Below, piece by piece: positions 17,154 to 26,061 of a stretch of DNA of 64,000 nucleotides. The first letter of the stretch is position 1, and each line of letters opens with the position of its first letter. A program made the position numbers and the translations under genes. Under the pieces are notes generated by a model, which did no database searches, had not been told where the DNA came from, and was given only the letters and a program-made list of their open reading frames with translations. Origin of the DNA: a virus; IMG/VR virus record IMGVR_UViG_3300016669_000002. One strand, written 5' to 3'.

Positions 17154-17447
17154 ATGCAAGTAACATGCGACAATTGCCATAAAGAATACGAAGTGGTCAT
17201 GCGAATGGACAGAATCAGCGACATTGAAAAGAATTACTTTAAATGTCCACACTGTCAAATTGAATACATTACCGCTTGTATTGACCCGAGTATCCGTAAA
17301 AAGCAATTGAAGGTTAAAAAGCTATATCAACAATTAAGATTGCTAAAAGATGAACAGAAAATCATCATGAAAGTTAATCAGATTAATGATCTAGAATCTG
17401 AAATTAAGGCTGATATGGCGGAATTGAAAGAAAAATTTAACCATTAG
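17154..17447 (+). CDS. Hypothetical Zn-finger (CxxC...CxxC) protein
   Basis: CDNC and CPHC motifs, followed by a coiled coil. Confidence 0.65.
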   Translation: MQVTCDNCHKEYEVVMRMDRISDIEKNYFKCPHCQIEYITACIDPSIRKKQLKVKKLYQQLRLLKDEQKIIMKVNQINDLESEIKADMAELKEKFNH

Positions 17448-17552
17448 TAAACGCTGGTGGTTTTTATTTTGCCCAAGCATTGAAGGCATTAAAAGCTATG
17501 GATACGTGCAAGCATTTATTCACGATAAAAGATATGGAAGGAGTTAAATAAA

Positions 17553-18152
17553 ATGAAATTCAACTTACAGTATTTTGCTGACGACAATGAGCCAATCGAA
17601 AACGGCGGTGACCCAGTAGATGAAACAACCAAAGATGCAGAAACGCCTGATGAAAAAGAAACTCCGGAGCTTAAATATTCAGACGAAGATGTGGATAAGA
17701 TTGTTCAGAAAAAGCTGGCAAAAGCCAAAAAGGATAAAGAAGCCGCAGTCGAAGAAGCCACCAAGTTAGCAAAAATGAACGAGGACCAAAAAGCGGAATA
17801 TGACCGTGAACAGTTAGAAAAAGAATTAGCTGAATTACGCCGGAAAGATGCTTTTTATAACTTGTCAAAAGAAGCCTCAAAAATGCTAGCAGAGCATGAT
17901 ATTACGGCTGATGATGAATTGCTTCAAGTAGTCGTCAAAGGCGACGCAGAAGGCACTAAACAAGCCGTAGAAAGCTTTGTCAATCTATTCAATGCCAAAG
18001 TTAAGGAAGGCGTTAAACAAGCACTAGCAGGCAATTCGCCTAAATATCCAAATACTGGCAAACAACTTACAAAGCAACAGATTTTGAACGAAAAAGATGC
18101 AACTAAACGGGTGAAATTAATTCAACAAAACCCACAACTTTTTAAACAATAA
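17553..18152 (+). CDS. Capsid scaffolding protein (DUF4355-like)
   Basis: MKFNLQYFAD start, acidic N-terminus, coiled coil; precedes the major capsid gene. Confidence 0.9.
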   Translation: MKFNLQYFADDNEPIENGGDPVDETTKDAETPDEKETPELKYSDEDVDKIVQKKLAKAKKDKEAAVEEATKLAKMNEDQKAEYDREQLEKELAELRRKDAFYNLSKEASKMLAEHDITADDELLQVVVKGDAEGTKQAVESFVNLFNAKVKEGVKQALAGNSPKYPNTGKQLTKQQILNEKDATKRVKLIQQNPQLFKQ

Positions 18153-18165
18153 GGAGAGATAAATT

Positions 18166-19026
18166 ATGGCAGTAGAACCAAACTTAACAACAGAATTAGG
18201 AACAGCATTATCAATTGATTTCGTGGAGCAATTCGGGCAACGTTTCCGTACGTTACAAGAATTATTAGGTGTACAACGTACATTACCAATGGCAGCAGGA
18301 ACATTAATCAAAACTTACACTTCATCTGTGACATTAGATGGTACACAAGTAGCACCGGGCGATATTATTCCATTATCTCAAGTTACTTTAGAAGATGGAC
18401 CATCTCATGAGTTGGAATGGGATAAAAAACGTAAAGCCGTAACTATGGAAGATATCCAAAAATATGGTTTTGATCGTGCGGTTACATTAACTGACAACAA
18501 ATTAATCAATGAAATCCAAAAAGGTGTACGTACTAAATTGTTAACTCAATTATCTACTGGGACAGCAACTGCTACTGGTACAGGTTTACAACAAGTTATG
18601 GCTAAAAACTGGGCAACAGTTACAGCTAAATTTGATGAAGATGATGTTCAAGTGGTGTCTTTCATTAACCCATATGATGCCGGTGATTACTTAGGGAACG
18701 CAGACATCTCTACTCAATCAGCATTCGGTATGACATACATTGAGGATTTCTTAAACAACCGTGTTGTATTCATGTCCGCACAAATTCCAGAAGGTACTGT
18801 TTACTCAACTGCTGACGGAAACTTAGTTGCAGCATACGCATTGATGTCTGGTGGTCAAATTAACCAAGCGTTTGATTTCACAACTGACTCAACTGGTTTA
18901 ATTGGTGTAACTCATGACATTAACAAACAACGCTTACAAGCGGAAACAGTAACTGCTTACGGTATTGAGTTATTTGCTGAACGCTTAGATGGTATTGTAG
19001 TCGGAACAATCGCACCAGCAGTTTAA
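18166..19026 (+). CDS. Major capsid protein
   Basis: Position, size and motifs (K.RKAVT.EDIQKYG; G..LFAE.LDGIV). Confidence 0.9.
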   Translation: MAVEPNLTTELGTALSIDFVEQFGQRFRTLQELLGVQRTLPMAAGTLIKTYTSSVTLDGTQVAPGDIIPLSQVTLEDGPSHELEWDKKRKAVTMEDIQKYGFDRAVTLTDNKLINEIQKGVRTKLLTQLSTGTATATGTGLQQVMAKNWATVTAKFDEDDVQVVSFINPYDAGDYLGNADISTQSAFGMTYIEDFLNNRVVFMSAQIPEGTVYSTADGNLVAAYALMSGGQINQAFDFTTDSTGLIGVTHDINKQRLQAETVTAYGIELFAERLDGIVVGTIAPAV

Positions 19027-19038
19027 GGGGGTTAATCT

Positions 19039-19329
19039 ATGAACAAGGTTATTAAAGCATTTGTGGACAAACAAGACGGTGAAAGACTTTATGAACCGGG
19101 GGTAGGTAAGACCTATCCTCGTGAAGGTTATGAGCCAACTGCTGACCGCATTATTTTTTTGCGTGACAACGGATATATTGAAGCTTTAGAAGTTGAAGAA
19201 ACTGAGGCAGAAAACCTTGGCGCATTAACCAAGGCTGACTTATTAAAGTTGGCGAATGAAAAAGGTATCGAAGCAACTGATAAAAACACTAAAAAGGAAA
19301 TTATTGAAGCTTTAGAAGCAGAAAAGTAG
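19039..19329 (+). CDS. Small head-associated protein with C-terminal Rho-N/HeH-like domain
   Basis: LTKADLLKLANEKGI....TKKEIIEAL. Confidence 0.7.
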   Translation: MNKVIKAFVDKQDGERLYEPGVGKTYPREGYEPTADRIIFLRDNGYIEALEVEETEAENLGALTKADLLKLANEKGIEATDKNTKKEIIEALEAEK

Positions 19330-19337
19330 GTGATTAA

Positions 19338-19679
19338 ATGGCACTTACGTTTGTAAAAGATCGCGTGATTATTCGAAAGCCAGAGCTTGAAGAAAGTCCG
19401 GTATTAAATGAACTTGTCAAAACAGCATCTGACCGAATCAATATTCGTGTAGGCGAAACTGAATTGCCAGTTGAGCTTGAAACGGTTGCTGTTGAAGTCG
19501 TGTGCGCTTTGCATAATCGCATGTATTACGAGGGTATCAAATCTGAAAATGCTGATACATTTAGCGTGTCATTTGTAGACGATGTTTTACGTGAATATGA
19601 AACAGACCTACAAAGATACCGTGAAAAGAAAGCGAAAGATGATATTGAATATCGTGGAGGAGTGGTGAATTTCTTATGA
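19338..19679 (+). CDS. Head-tail connector (adaptor)
   Basis: Synteny; LP.ELE.VAVEVV....NR...EG..SE...S.SF. Confidence 0.85.
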   Translation: MALTFVKDRVIIRKPELEESPVLNELVKTASDRINIRVGETELPVELETVAVEVVCALHNRMYYEGIKSENADTFSVSFVDDVLREYETDLQRYREKKAKDDIEYRGGVVNFL

Positions 19680-19996
19680 GATTTAAACCACTCTTTTTAT
19701 ATTCAAATCAACTAATTGGCGAAGATGAATTATTTAACCCAATTTATGATTTAGCCGAATTTAAAGAAACCACAGGACGGTTTACTACATGGACAGAAAA
19801 AGAAGTCGCTTTAGACGTCAGAAACGTGACTACAACGAGCCGAAAAATACTGACAAGGGAATTACAAGCAAACTTGCTTAAAGCCTCTAGAATCGAATTT
19901 GAAGGCAAATTTCATAACATTAAGGAAATCATAGGCGATGACACAGACCGCTGGCGAATATTAGTCGTTGACCGCTATGGAAGTGATGAACCGTGA
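19676..19996 (+). CDS. Head closure / stopper protein
   Basis: Synteny and size. Confidence 0.7.
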   Translation: MRFKPLFLYSNQLIGEDELFNPIYDLAEFKETTGRFTTWTEKEVALDVRNVTTTSRKILTRELQANLLKASRIEFEGKFHNIKEIIGDDTDRWRILVVDRYGSDEP

Positions 19997-20358
19997 ACAT
20001 TGAATGGCATGGTGTTGAAGCGTTAAGCAAAAAGCTGCTTGAAAAAAGTGAAGCTGATTTTGCAGAAGTTGGCAGAAAGAATATCCGTGATATTTATTCA
20101 CGTTCGCAAAAGAATGCTTATAGCGGTGGGAATGTACCCACTGAAGGTGGTACACCGGTAGATACGAATGAATTGCGTATGTCGGCTAAGTATCGTGATG
20201 ATGAAATGGGCTATTCAGCCTCTCATGCACCTCATGTTGAGTACGGTCATGTGACTAGAAGTGGGAATTTCGTTCCCGGTCAATACTACTTGAAGAAAAG
20301 TGTCGATGCACAACGTGAAATTTATAAGCAAGACTTAAAAACCAAGCTAAAGGAGTGA
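19993..20358 (+). CDS. HK97 gp10-like neck protein
   Basis: TPVDTNELRMS, YSASHAPHVEYGH, PGQYYL. Confidence 0.85.
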   Translation: MNIEWHGVEALSKKLLEKSEADFAEVGRKNIRDIYSRSQKNAYSGGNVPTEGGTPVDTNELRMSAKYRDDEMGYSASHAPHVEYGHVTRSGNFVPGQYYLKKSVDAQREIYKQDLKTKLKE

Positions 20359-20362
20359 TGGC

Positions 20363-20770
20363 GTGTATCAGAAAATGAGCTTTACAAGCATTATCGCTTC
20401 AATTATCAAGCAAGTGCGAGTGAACACAGGTCTACCATGCTATGACAGCGTACCGATTAATGTACCAAAGCCATTCTATGTTGCAGAAATGGTGGGTAGT
20501 TTGCCTGAAAAAAGCAAAACAATGATGAAAGACCGCTATCAAGTCGTCATGCATGTATTCGCTGAAGGTGGTTCATCAGTACCGATTTATAATGCCATTC
20601 AAAAACTTGAAGAAGCGTTAACTGTTGATATTGAGTTGCCGGATGATTACGAAGTGACGTTGCAAATTCCGACTGGCGTCAATCAGATTATGGATCAAGC
20701 TGACGGCAGTAAACATGCTGTTGTTGGCTTTGATTTTGTTGTGTTTAGCGGATATAAGATGAAAATTTAA
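20363..20770 (+). CDS. Tail terminator / completion protein
   Basis: Synteny immediately before the major tail gene. Confidence 0.75.
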   Translation: MYQKMSFTSIIASIIKQVRVNTGLPCYDSVPINVPKPFYVAEMVGSLPEKSKTMMKDRYQVVMHVFAEGGSSVPIYNAIQKLEEALTVDIELPDDYEVTLQIPTGVNQIMDQADGSKHAVVGFDFVVFSGYKMKI

Positions 20771-20785
20771 AGGAGAGATAAAAAT

Positions 20786-21259
20786 ATGTCACAAGAATTA
20801 GAAACACAATTAAAAGGACAATTAAATAAAGCAATTGCAGGTAAAGATATTCTGTTATCTGTGTGGGATTCAACTGGATCTAAACTCATTGCGGTTGCAG
20901 GTCAACAAGGTTTAACAATTAACCGTGATAAAGACACCATTGAAGTAACTTCTAAAGACTCACAAGGTTGGAAACAAAACATTGTAGGTTTCAAAGAATG
21001 GTCTATTGATAATGACGGGGTTTATGTCCGTGACCACGAATCTCACAAGCTGATGAAAGAAGCTTTTGACGGTGATGACCCAGTGTTAATCAAAGTGACC
21101 AATCAAAAGGCTAAAACCGACTTATTTGGCGGTTTAGCATTAGTGACTAGCTATCCTATTGAAGCGCCTTATGACGATGCTGTGACGTACACTGTAACCC
21201 TTACAGGTACAGGGGCATTAGTCGACTTAGAAGATACACCATCACCAGAACAAGTCTAG
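20786..21259 (+). CDS. Major tail protein, TP901-1 family
   Basis: AGKDILL, GQQGLTINR..DTIEVTSKDS.GW, EAPYDDAVTY. Confidence 0.92.
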   Translation: MSQELETQLKGQLNKAIAGKDILLSVWDSTGSKLIAVAGQQGLTINRDKDTIEVTSKDSQGWKQNIVGFKEWSIDNDGVYVRDHESHKLMKEAFDGDDPVLIKVTNQKAKTDLFGGLALVTSYPIEAPYDDAVTYTVTLTGTGALVDLEDTPSPEQV

Positions 21260-21269
21260 GAGGTAGCGA

Positions 21270-21572
21270 ATGTTTACGATTGACGATGAAGTTTACGCTT
21301 TAAAATTTAATAAACGCAAACAAATGATTATTGAAGCTCAAACAGGCAAGTCCTTAATGGCCGAATTTAATCAAACAAGTGGATTAGTATCATTGGGTAC
21401 ATTACAAGCCATGTTTGCTGCTGCACTTGTTGAAGAAAATGAAAATAAACCTGTAAAAGGACAAAAAGCGATTGATATCTTTGAAAAAGTTTTAGATAAC
21501 AATGGCTACCAATCCTTAGTGACATCAACTGTTAACAAATTTACGGAAGATATGGGTTTTTTATTCCGTTAG
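21270..21572 (+). CDS. Tail assembly chaperone (G)
   Basis: Between the major tail and tape measure genes; ends at a slippery site. Confidence 0.85.
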   Translation: MFTIDDEVYALKFNKRKQMIIEAQTGKSLMAEFNQTSGLVSLGTLQAMFAAALVEENENKPVKGQKAIDIFEKVLDNNGYQSLVTSTVNKFTEDMGFLFR

Positions 21573-22009
21573 ATCTGATTGAATCAGAATTTACAAGGGA
21601 TAAAGACCTTACACCAAGGGAAATAAAACTAATAGAACTAGCTAGCGACTTTCAAAGTGAAATGGAGCTAGCTTTTTTTGTTGTTGATTTAGGGATGTCT
21701 TTATCAGATTACCGGTCATTGACTGAAGCTGAAAAGCTTTTTATCAAAAAACGGAGTGAACAGAAATTCATTCACGATACAACCTGGCATAGAAACGCAA
21801 CGTTAAATGCTGAAGCTAATATCAACCGAGGGAAAAATAAGAAGTTTATTGACTTATTTCCTAAAACGAACAAAGCAGATCTTGAATATAACCACAAGGC
21901 AATTGAAACCGTTCTGGAAATGGATGCAACTCAAGGCAAGTCGTGGGTTGACAAGATTTTCCACGCGAACGGCATGCAATTAACAAATAATAAAGAAAGG
22001 AGCAATTAA
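21554..22009 (+). CDS. Tail assembly chaperone frameshift extension (GT); -1 slip at G GGT TTT (21554-21560)
   Basis: The -1 frame is open from the slippery heptamer through the track ORF 21662-22009. Confidence 0.8.
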   Translation, partial: GFFIPLDLIESEFTRDKDLTPREIKLIELASDFQSEMELAFFVVDLGMSLSDYRSLTEAEKLFIKKRSEQKFIHDTTWHRNATLNAEANINRGKNKKFIDLFPKTNKADLEYNHKAIETVLEMDATQGKSWVDKIFHANGMQLTNNKERSN

Positions 22010-25000
22010 ATGGCAGATTATGTTTTAAGCGCCAAGTTGACGGCGGATGCTAATGGGTTTTCTAAAGTATTTCAACAAGCAAATCAGCAACTGACCAATT
22101 TATCAAAAGGCGTGCAAAATGCCGGACGTGAGATTACTGGTTTCGGTAAAAATATGGCCATTACAGGCGCCGGAATGACAGCAGGATTCACTGCTCCTTT
22201 CTTAAAAGCAATCAAGACCACAGGCGATTTTGAAGCCTCTATGACCAAAGCGGGTGCTATTGCGGGTGCAAGTTCTAGTGAACTTGATAAAATGACCGAA
22301 TCAGCGCTTGAATTAGGCGCATCAACGTCACTAAGTTCCACAGAAGTTGCGGATGCAATGACTGAAATGGCCGCTAAAGGTTTTGATGCTACTCAAACAA
22401 TTGCAGCAATGCCCGGTGTAATTTCAGCCGCTGAAGCTTCTGGTGAAGATCTAGCGTTAACTGCTGATACTGTGGCTAGTGCATTGAATGGTTTTGGTCT
22501 TGAAGCTAGCGAATCTGGACGTGTTGCGGATATCTTAGCAATGGCGGCGAATGCAACTGCAGCAGGTGTTGGTGATATGGGTAATGCGTTTAAATATGCG
22601 GCACCTATTGCTAACTCACTAGGTATTGATATTGAGGAATTATCAGCTTCAATCGGTATCATGACTAATGCGGGTCTTGAGGGCGGACAAGCGGGTACAA
22701 CATTAAGGCAGGCTTTTTCTCGTTTAACGAAACCAACCAATGAAGCGGAAACAGCAATGGAAAATCTTGGTTTTTCCGCAGTTGATTCAAATGGTAATTT
22801 TAAAGATTTAACCACAATTGTTGGCGATTTAAACTCGTCAATGGACGGAATGACTGAAGCACAGAAAATGGCAGCATTGTCTACTATTTTCGGTACTGAA
22901 GCAGCTTCTGGTATGAATATCTTGTTAGCGGCTGGTCAAGAAGAATTAGCTGGCTTAACTGCTGAATTAGAAAATTCAGAAGGGGCTAGTGCGGATGCTG
23001 CCGCTCAAATGAAAGATAACTTGAACGGTGCTTTAGAAAATCTAACTGGTGCAATCGAATCGGCAACTATTTCAATGATGAGTAAGTTAACACCGTTTCT
23101 ACAAGACCTAGCAAGTTGGACAACGGGAATCGTTGATCAATTTAACGGATTAAGTGAAGGAACACAAACACTCATTGCCTTTGGAGCATTAGGAATTGCT
23201 GCATTAGGTCCATTGTTAACAATCCTAGGTGTAATGACCATGGGTATTGGTGGACTAGTCACAGCTATTGGTTTCCTAATTAGTCCGGTTGGCCTTGTGA
23301 TAAGTGCCATAGTCGCTCTAGGGGCGGTGTTTGGACGTCAAATGGCCACTAATGAAGCCTTTAGGTCAAATGTATTTAGTGTATTTGAAGCGATTCGTAG
23401 CAAGATTACAGAAGTGATCAATACCATTGTGCCGATAGTGTCAAATCTATGGTCACAGGTTCAACCAGTGCTTGAAAGTTTTGGTTCTAGCATTTCAACC
23501 ATTTTCCAAAATATCGCGCCACAAATTATCCCAACATTACAGAATTTAGGTTCACAGATTGCCACTGTTTTCCAAACGGTATGGGGCATTATCCAAGCGG
23601 TAGCGCCTATATTCACTACTTTATTTAGCAGTATTATCAATGGCTTTAATTCTGTAGGTGGTGCAACTAGCGGTTTTGGTATCAATCTAAGCACCGTTTT
23701 AATCGGTGTTAGTCCATTAATTAAAGGGATTATTTTATTGTTCCAAAACTTTGGACCACAGATCGTGAGTGCTTTCCAACAAATCGCAAGTATGGTAATT
23801 CCAGTAGTGGCAACAATAGGTACTGCCTTAGGTCAACTTGCAGCGGCAGTCATTCCAATGCTGACACAAGCAATGGCCAGCTTAGTACCAACAGTCATGT
23901 TGATTGGTCAAACCTTTATGGCGATTATAACAGCAGTTTTACCAGTTGTAATTTCGCTATTTAACCAGTTAGTGCCAATTATCATGCAGTTGGTAATGGC
24001 ATTTATGAATGTGGTAGCGCAAGTGATGCCACTGGTCGCAACTTTAGTGAGCGCTTTGCTACCAGTAATTCAAAGTATTATACAAGCAGTAATGAACGTG
24101 GTTACAGCCGTTGCCCCAGCGGTAATTGCGATAATTCAAATGATTGTTGCGGCTATTAATGCGATGTTACCAATCATCATGTCTATTATAACGATTGTGG
24201 TCCAAGTGGTGTCGGCGGTAATTGCCACCATTTCGCCAATTGTCGCTTTTATCGGAACTGTAATTTCAGGCATTATGTCAGTGATCACGCCAATCATCGT
24301 ATTTGTTGCTGGTGTAATTAGTTCCGTAATAGCAGTTATTACGCCAATTATTGCTGTTGTCACTGGGATATTTAACACAGTTTTCACGGTTGTAAGTGGT
24401 ATTTGGCAAAACATTATGACCTTTATCGGTTCAGCAATTAATGCCATTGGACAAATTATTAGTAGTTTAACTGGTATTGTCGGCGGTGTATTTAACAGCA
24501 TTTACAGCACTGTTACTGGCACCATGCAGAATGTATCAAGCGCAATCACGAATGTCTTTAGCGCCATTCAAAATGCGTGGACAGGGTTGCAAAGCTTTGT
24601 TAGTGGCGTATTCAGTGGTATTGGTAGTGCGGTTCAACAATTAGTGAATCAAGTTAAAGGCTTCGTGAATGATGTTATAGGTGGAGTTAATGCTGCAGTT
24701 GGTTTAATCAACAAGATTCCCGGTGTATCAATCGGTACTATTCCATATTTACAACATGGTACAGATAACTGGTCTGGTGGATTTGCAATGATGAACGAAG
24801 GTGGACGTGGTGAGTTGGTTAACTTACCGAATGGTGCCCAAGTAATTCCACACGATGTCAGCATGCGCTATGCCCGTGAAGCCGGACGAATGAACGCTGA
24901 AAACACGGGTGGCGAGTATGTATTCAGCGGAACAGATACAAGTAGAATTGAAAGCTTGCTAACTAGAATTGCGGAAAGTGGCTCACAGATTATCCTTGAT

Positions 25001-25087
25001 ACAGGAGAATTCGTCGGGGCTACATATCCACAATACGATAGAGTAGGCGGAAGTCATGCAAGTTTAGTAGAAAGGTGGGGTGGATAA
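22010..25087 (+). CDS. Tape measure protein
   Basis: 1025 aa, Ala/Gly-rich TP901-type core, amphipathic ~11-aa repeats. Confidence 0.96.
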   Translation: MADYVLSAKLTADANGFSKVFQQANQQLTNLSKGVQNAGREITGFGKNMAITGAGMTAGFTAPFLKAIKTTGDFEASMTKAGAIAGASSSELDKMTESALELGASTSLSSTEVADAMTEMAAKGFDATQTIAAMPGVISAAEASGEDLALTADTVASALNGFGLEASESGRVADILAMAANATAAGVGDMGNAFKYAAPIANSLGIDIEELSASIGIMTNAGLEGGQAGTTLRQAFSRLTKPTNEAETAMENLGFSAVDSNGNFKDLTTIVGDLNSSMDGMTEAQKMAALSTIFGTEAASGMNILLAAGQEELAGLTAELENSEGASADAAAQMKDNLNGALENLTGAIESATISMMSKLTPFLQDLASWTTGIVDQFNGLSEGTQTLIAFGALGIAALGPLLTILGVMTMGIGGLVTAIGFLISPVGLVISAIVALGAVFGRQMATNEAFRSNVFSVFEAIRSKITEVINTIVPIVSNLWSQVQPVLESFGSSISTIFQNIAPQIIPTLQNLGSQIATVFQTVWGIIQAVAPIFTTLFSSIINGFNSVGGATSGFGINLSTVLIGVSPLIKGIILLFQNFGPQIVSAFQQIASMVIPVVATIGTALGQLAAAVIPMLTQAMASLVPTVMLIGQTFMAIITAVLPVVISLFNQLVPIIMQLVMAFMNVVAQVMPLVATLVSALLPVIQSIIQAVMNVVTAVAPAVIAIIQMIVAAINAMLPIIMSIITIVVQVVSAVIATISPIVAFIGTVISGIMSVITPIIVFVAGVISSVIAVITPIIAVVTGIFNTVFTVVSGIWQNIMTFIGSAINAIGQIISSLTGIVGGVFNSIYSTVTGTMQNVSSAITNVFSAIQNAWTGLQSFVSGVFSGIGSAVQQLVNQVKGFVNDVIGGVNAAVGLINKIPGVSIGTIPYLQHGTDNWSGGFAMMNEGGRGELVNLPNGAQVIPHDVSMRYAREAGRMNAENTGGEYVFSGTDTSRIESLLTRIAESGSQIILDTGEFVGATYPQYDRVGGSHASLVERWGG

Positions 25088-26061
25088 TGGAACAAATCAT
25101 TGAAAAGATAAATTTTGGTGAATTTGACAGCCAAAAGCGTAAAATGCACTTGTTAGAACGGTCTGCCCCAACACCATCTAGAAAAGAGAAACGGGAATCG
25201 CTAGCGTATATGCAGGGTGATTACGATTTTTCTGGACTAGATGGCCAAGAGTATCACGAAAACCGTGAATTATCATACACATTTTACGTTTTAGAACGTG
25301 ATTATGAGTACAGAAAGCATAATCAGACGGTAATTGAAAATGAGTTGATGAGATATGGCGAAATACCGTTATATGACAGCTATTCAGTTGGGTATTACTA
25401 TCATGCGAAATGTATGGGGGTGCGTGTAACGGATGACCACTTATCCAATAGATTAATTATCGAAATTACTTTCAAAGGCTATCCATTCAAAACAAGTATT
25501 TTACCTGAAGGTCACGATCTCGTGGCCTTTATTAATGTTGACTTGGACGTACGACAGTATACTAACTTCAGTTTTAAATCTAAATGGTCTAACTTCAAGC
25601 AATTAAATGTTGGCGATATGGCTACCTATGGTGCATGGGCAACTCAATACTATGATCCGAATACCTCAACTGGTGGTGGCGCTAGCATTAATCCTAGATT
25701 TCATGGGATTACATATAGAATTGTGGATAAGATTGCGGTAAATATCTCTGATTTAAGGCCATCTAGATATGCTTATAAGCTAGCTAACTATGATGGCTGG
25801 CTACTAGAACAGGATATATTGCAAGCTCAAACGGAATTTTTGGATATCATCCTAGTAAATTCTGGAATTGCTGACGTACCACCTAAAATCACAACCAACC
25901 ACTCGGTTACAATTGTACGTGACAATGAAATTTACAACTTAATGCCCGGAATATACAAAACAGAACAATTCGTTTTAAAATCTGGTGAAAACAGCCTGCA
26001 ACTATATATTCCAAATGTTACTTTGAAGATTGATTTTACTTGGTATAAGGAGCTGATTTAA
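25075..26061 (+). CDS. Distal tail protein (Dit) with an internal SH3/GW-like insertion
   Basis: Follows the tape measure; Dit-like N- and C-termini; insert ending GWLLEQDI; start probably at 25087. Confidence 0.8.
   Translation: MGWIMEQIIEKINFGEFDSQKRKMHLLERSAPTPSRKEKRESLAYMQGDYDFSGLDGQEYHENRELSYTFYVLERDYEYRKHNQTVIENELMRYGEIPLYDSYSVGYYYHAKCMGVRVTDDHLSNRLIIEITFKGYPFKTSILPEGHDLVAFINVDLDVRQYTNFSFKSKWSNFKQLNVGDMATYGAWATQYYDPNTSTGGGASINPRFHGITYRIVDKIAVNISDLRPSRYAYKLANYDGWLLEQDILQAQTEFLDIILVNSGIADVPPKITTNHSVTIVRDNEIYNLMPGIYKTEQFVLKSGENSLQLYIPNVTLKIDFTWYKELI

Noticed and set aside
23800-24620. Repetitive amphipathic segment in the tape measure
   Set aside because: Ordinary ~11-residue tape-measure periodicity, not a separate repeat element.
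22084-24864. Minus-strand ORFs of 71-140 aa inside the tape measure gene
   Set aside because: Shadow ORFs caused by the codon bias of the Ala/Ile/Val-rich sense gene; no RBS or recognisable motifs.
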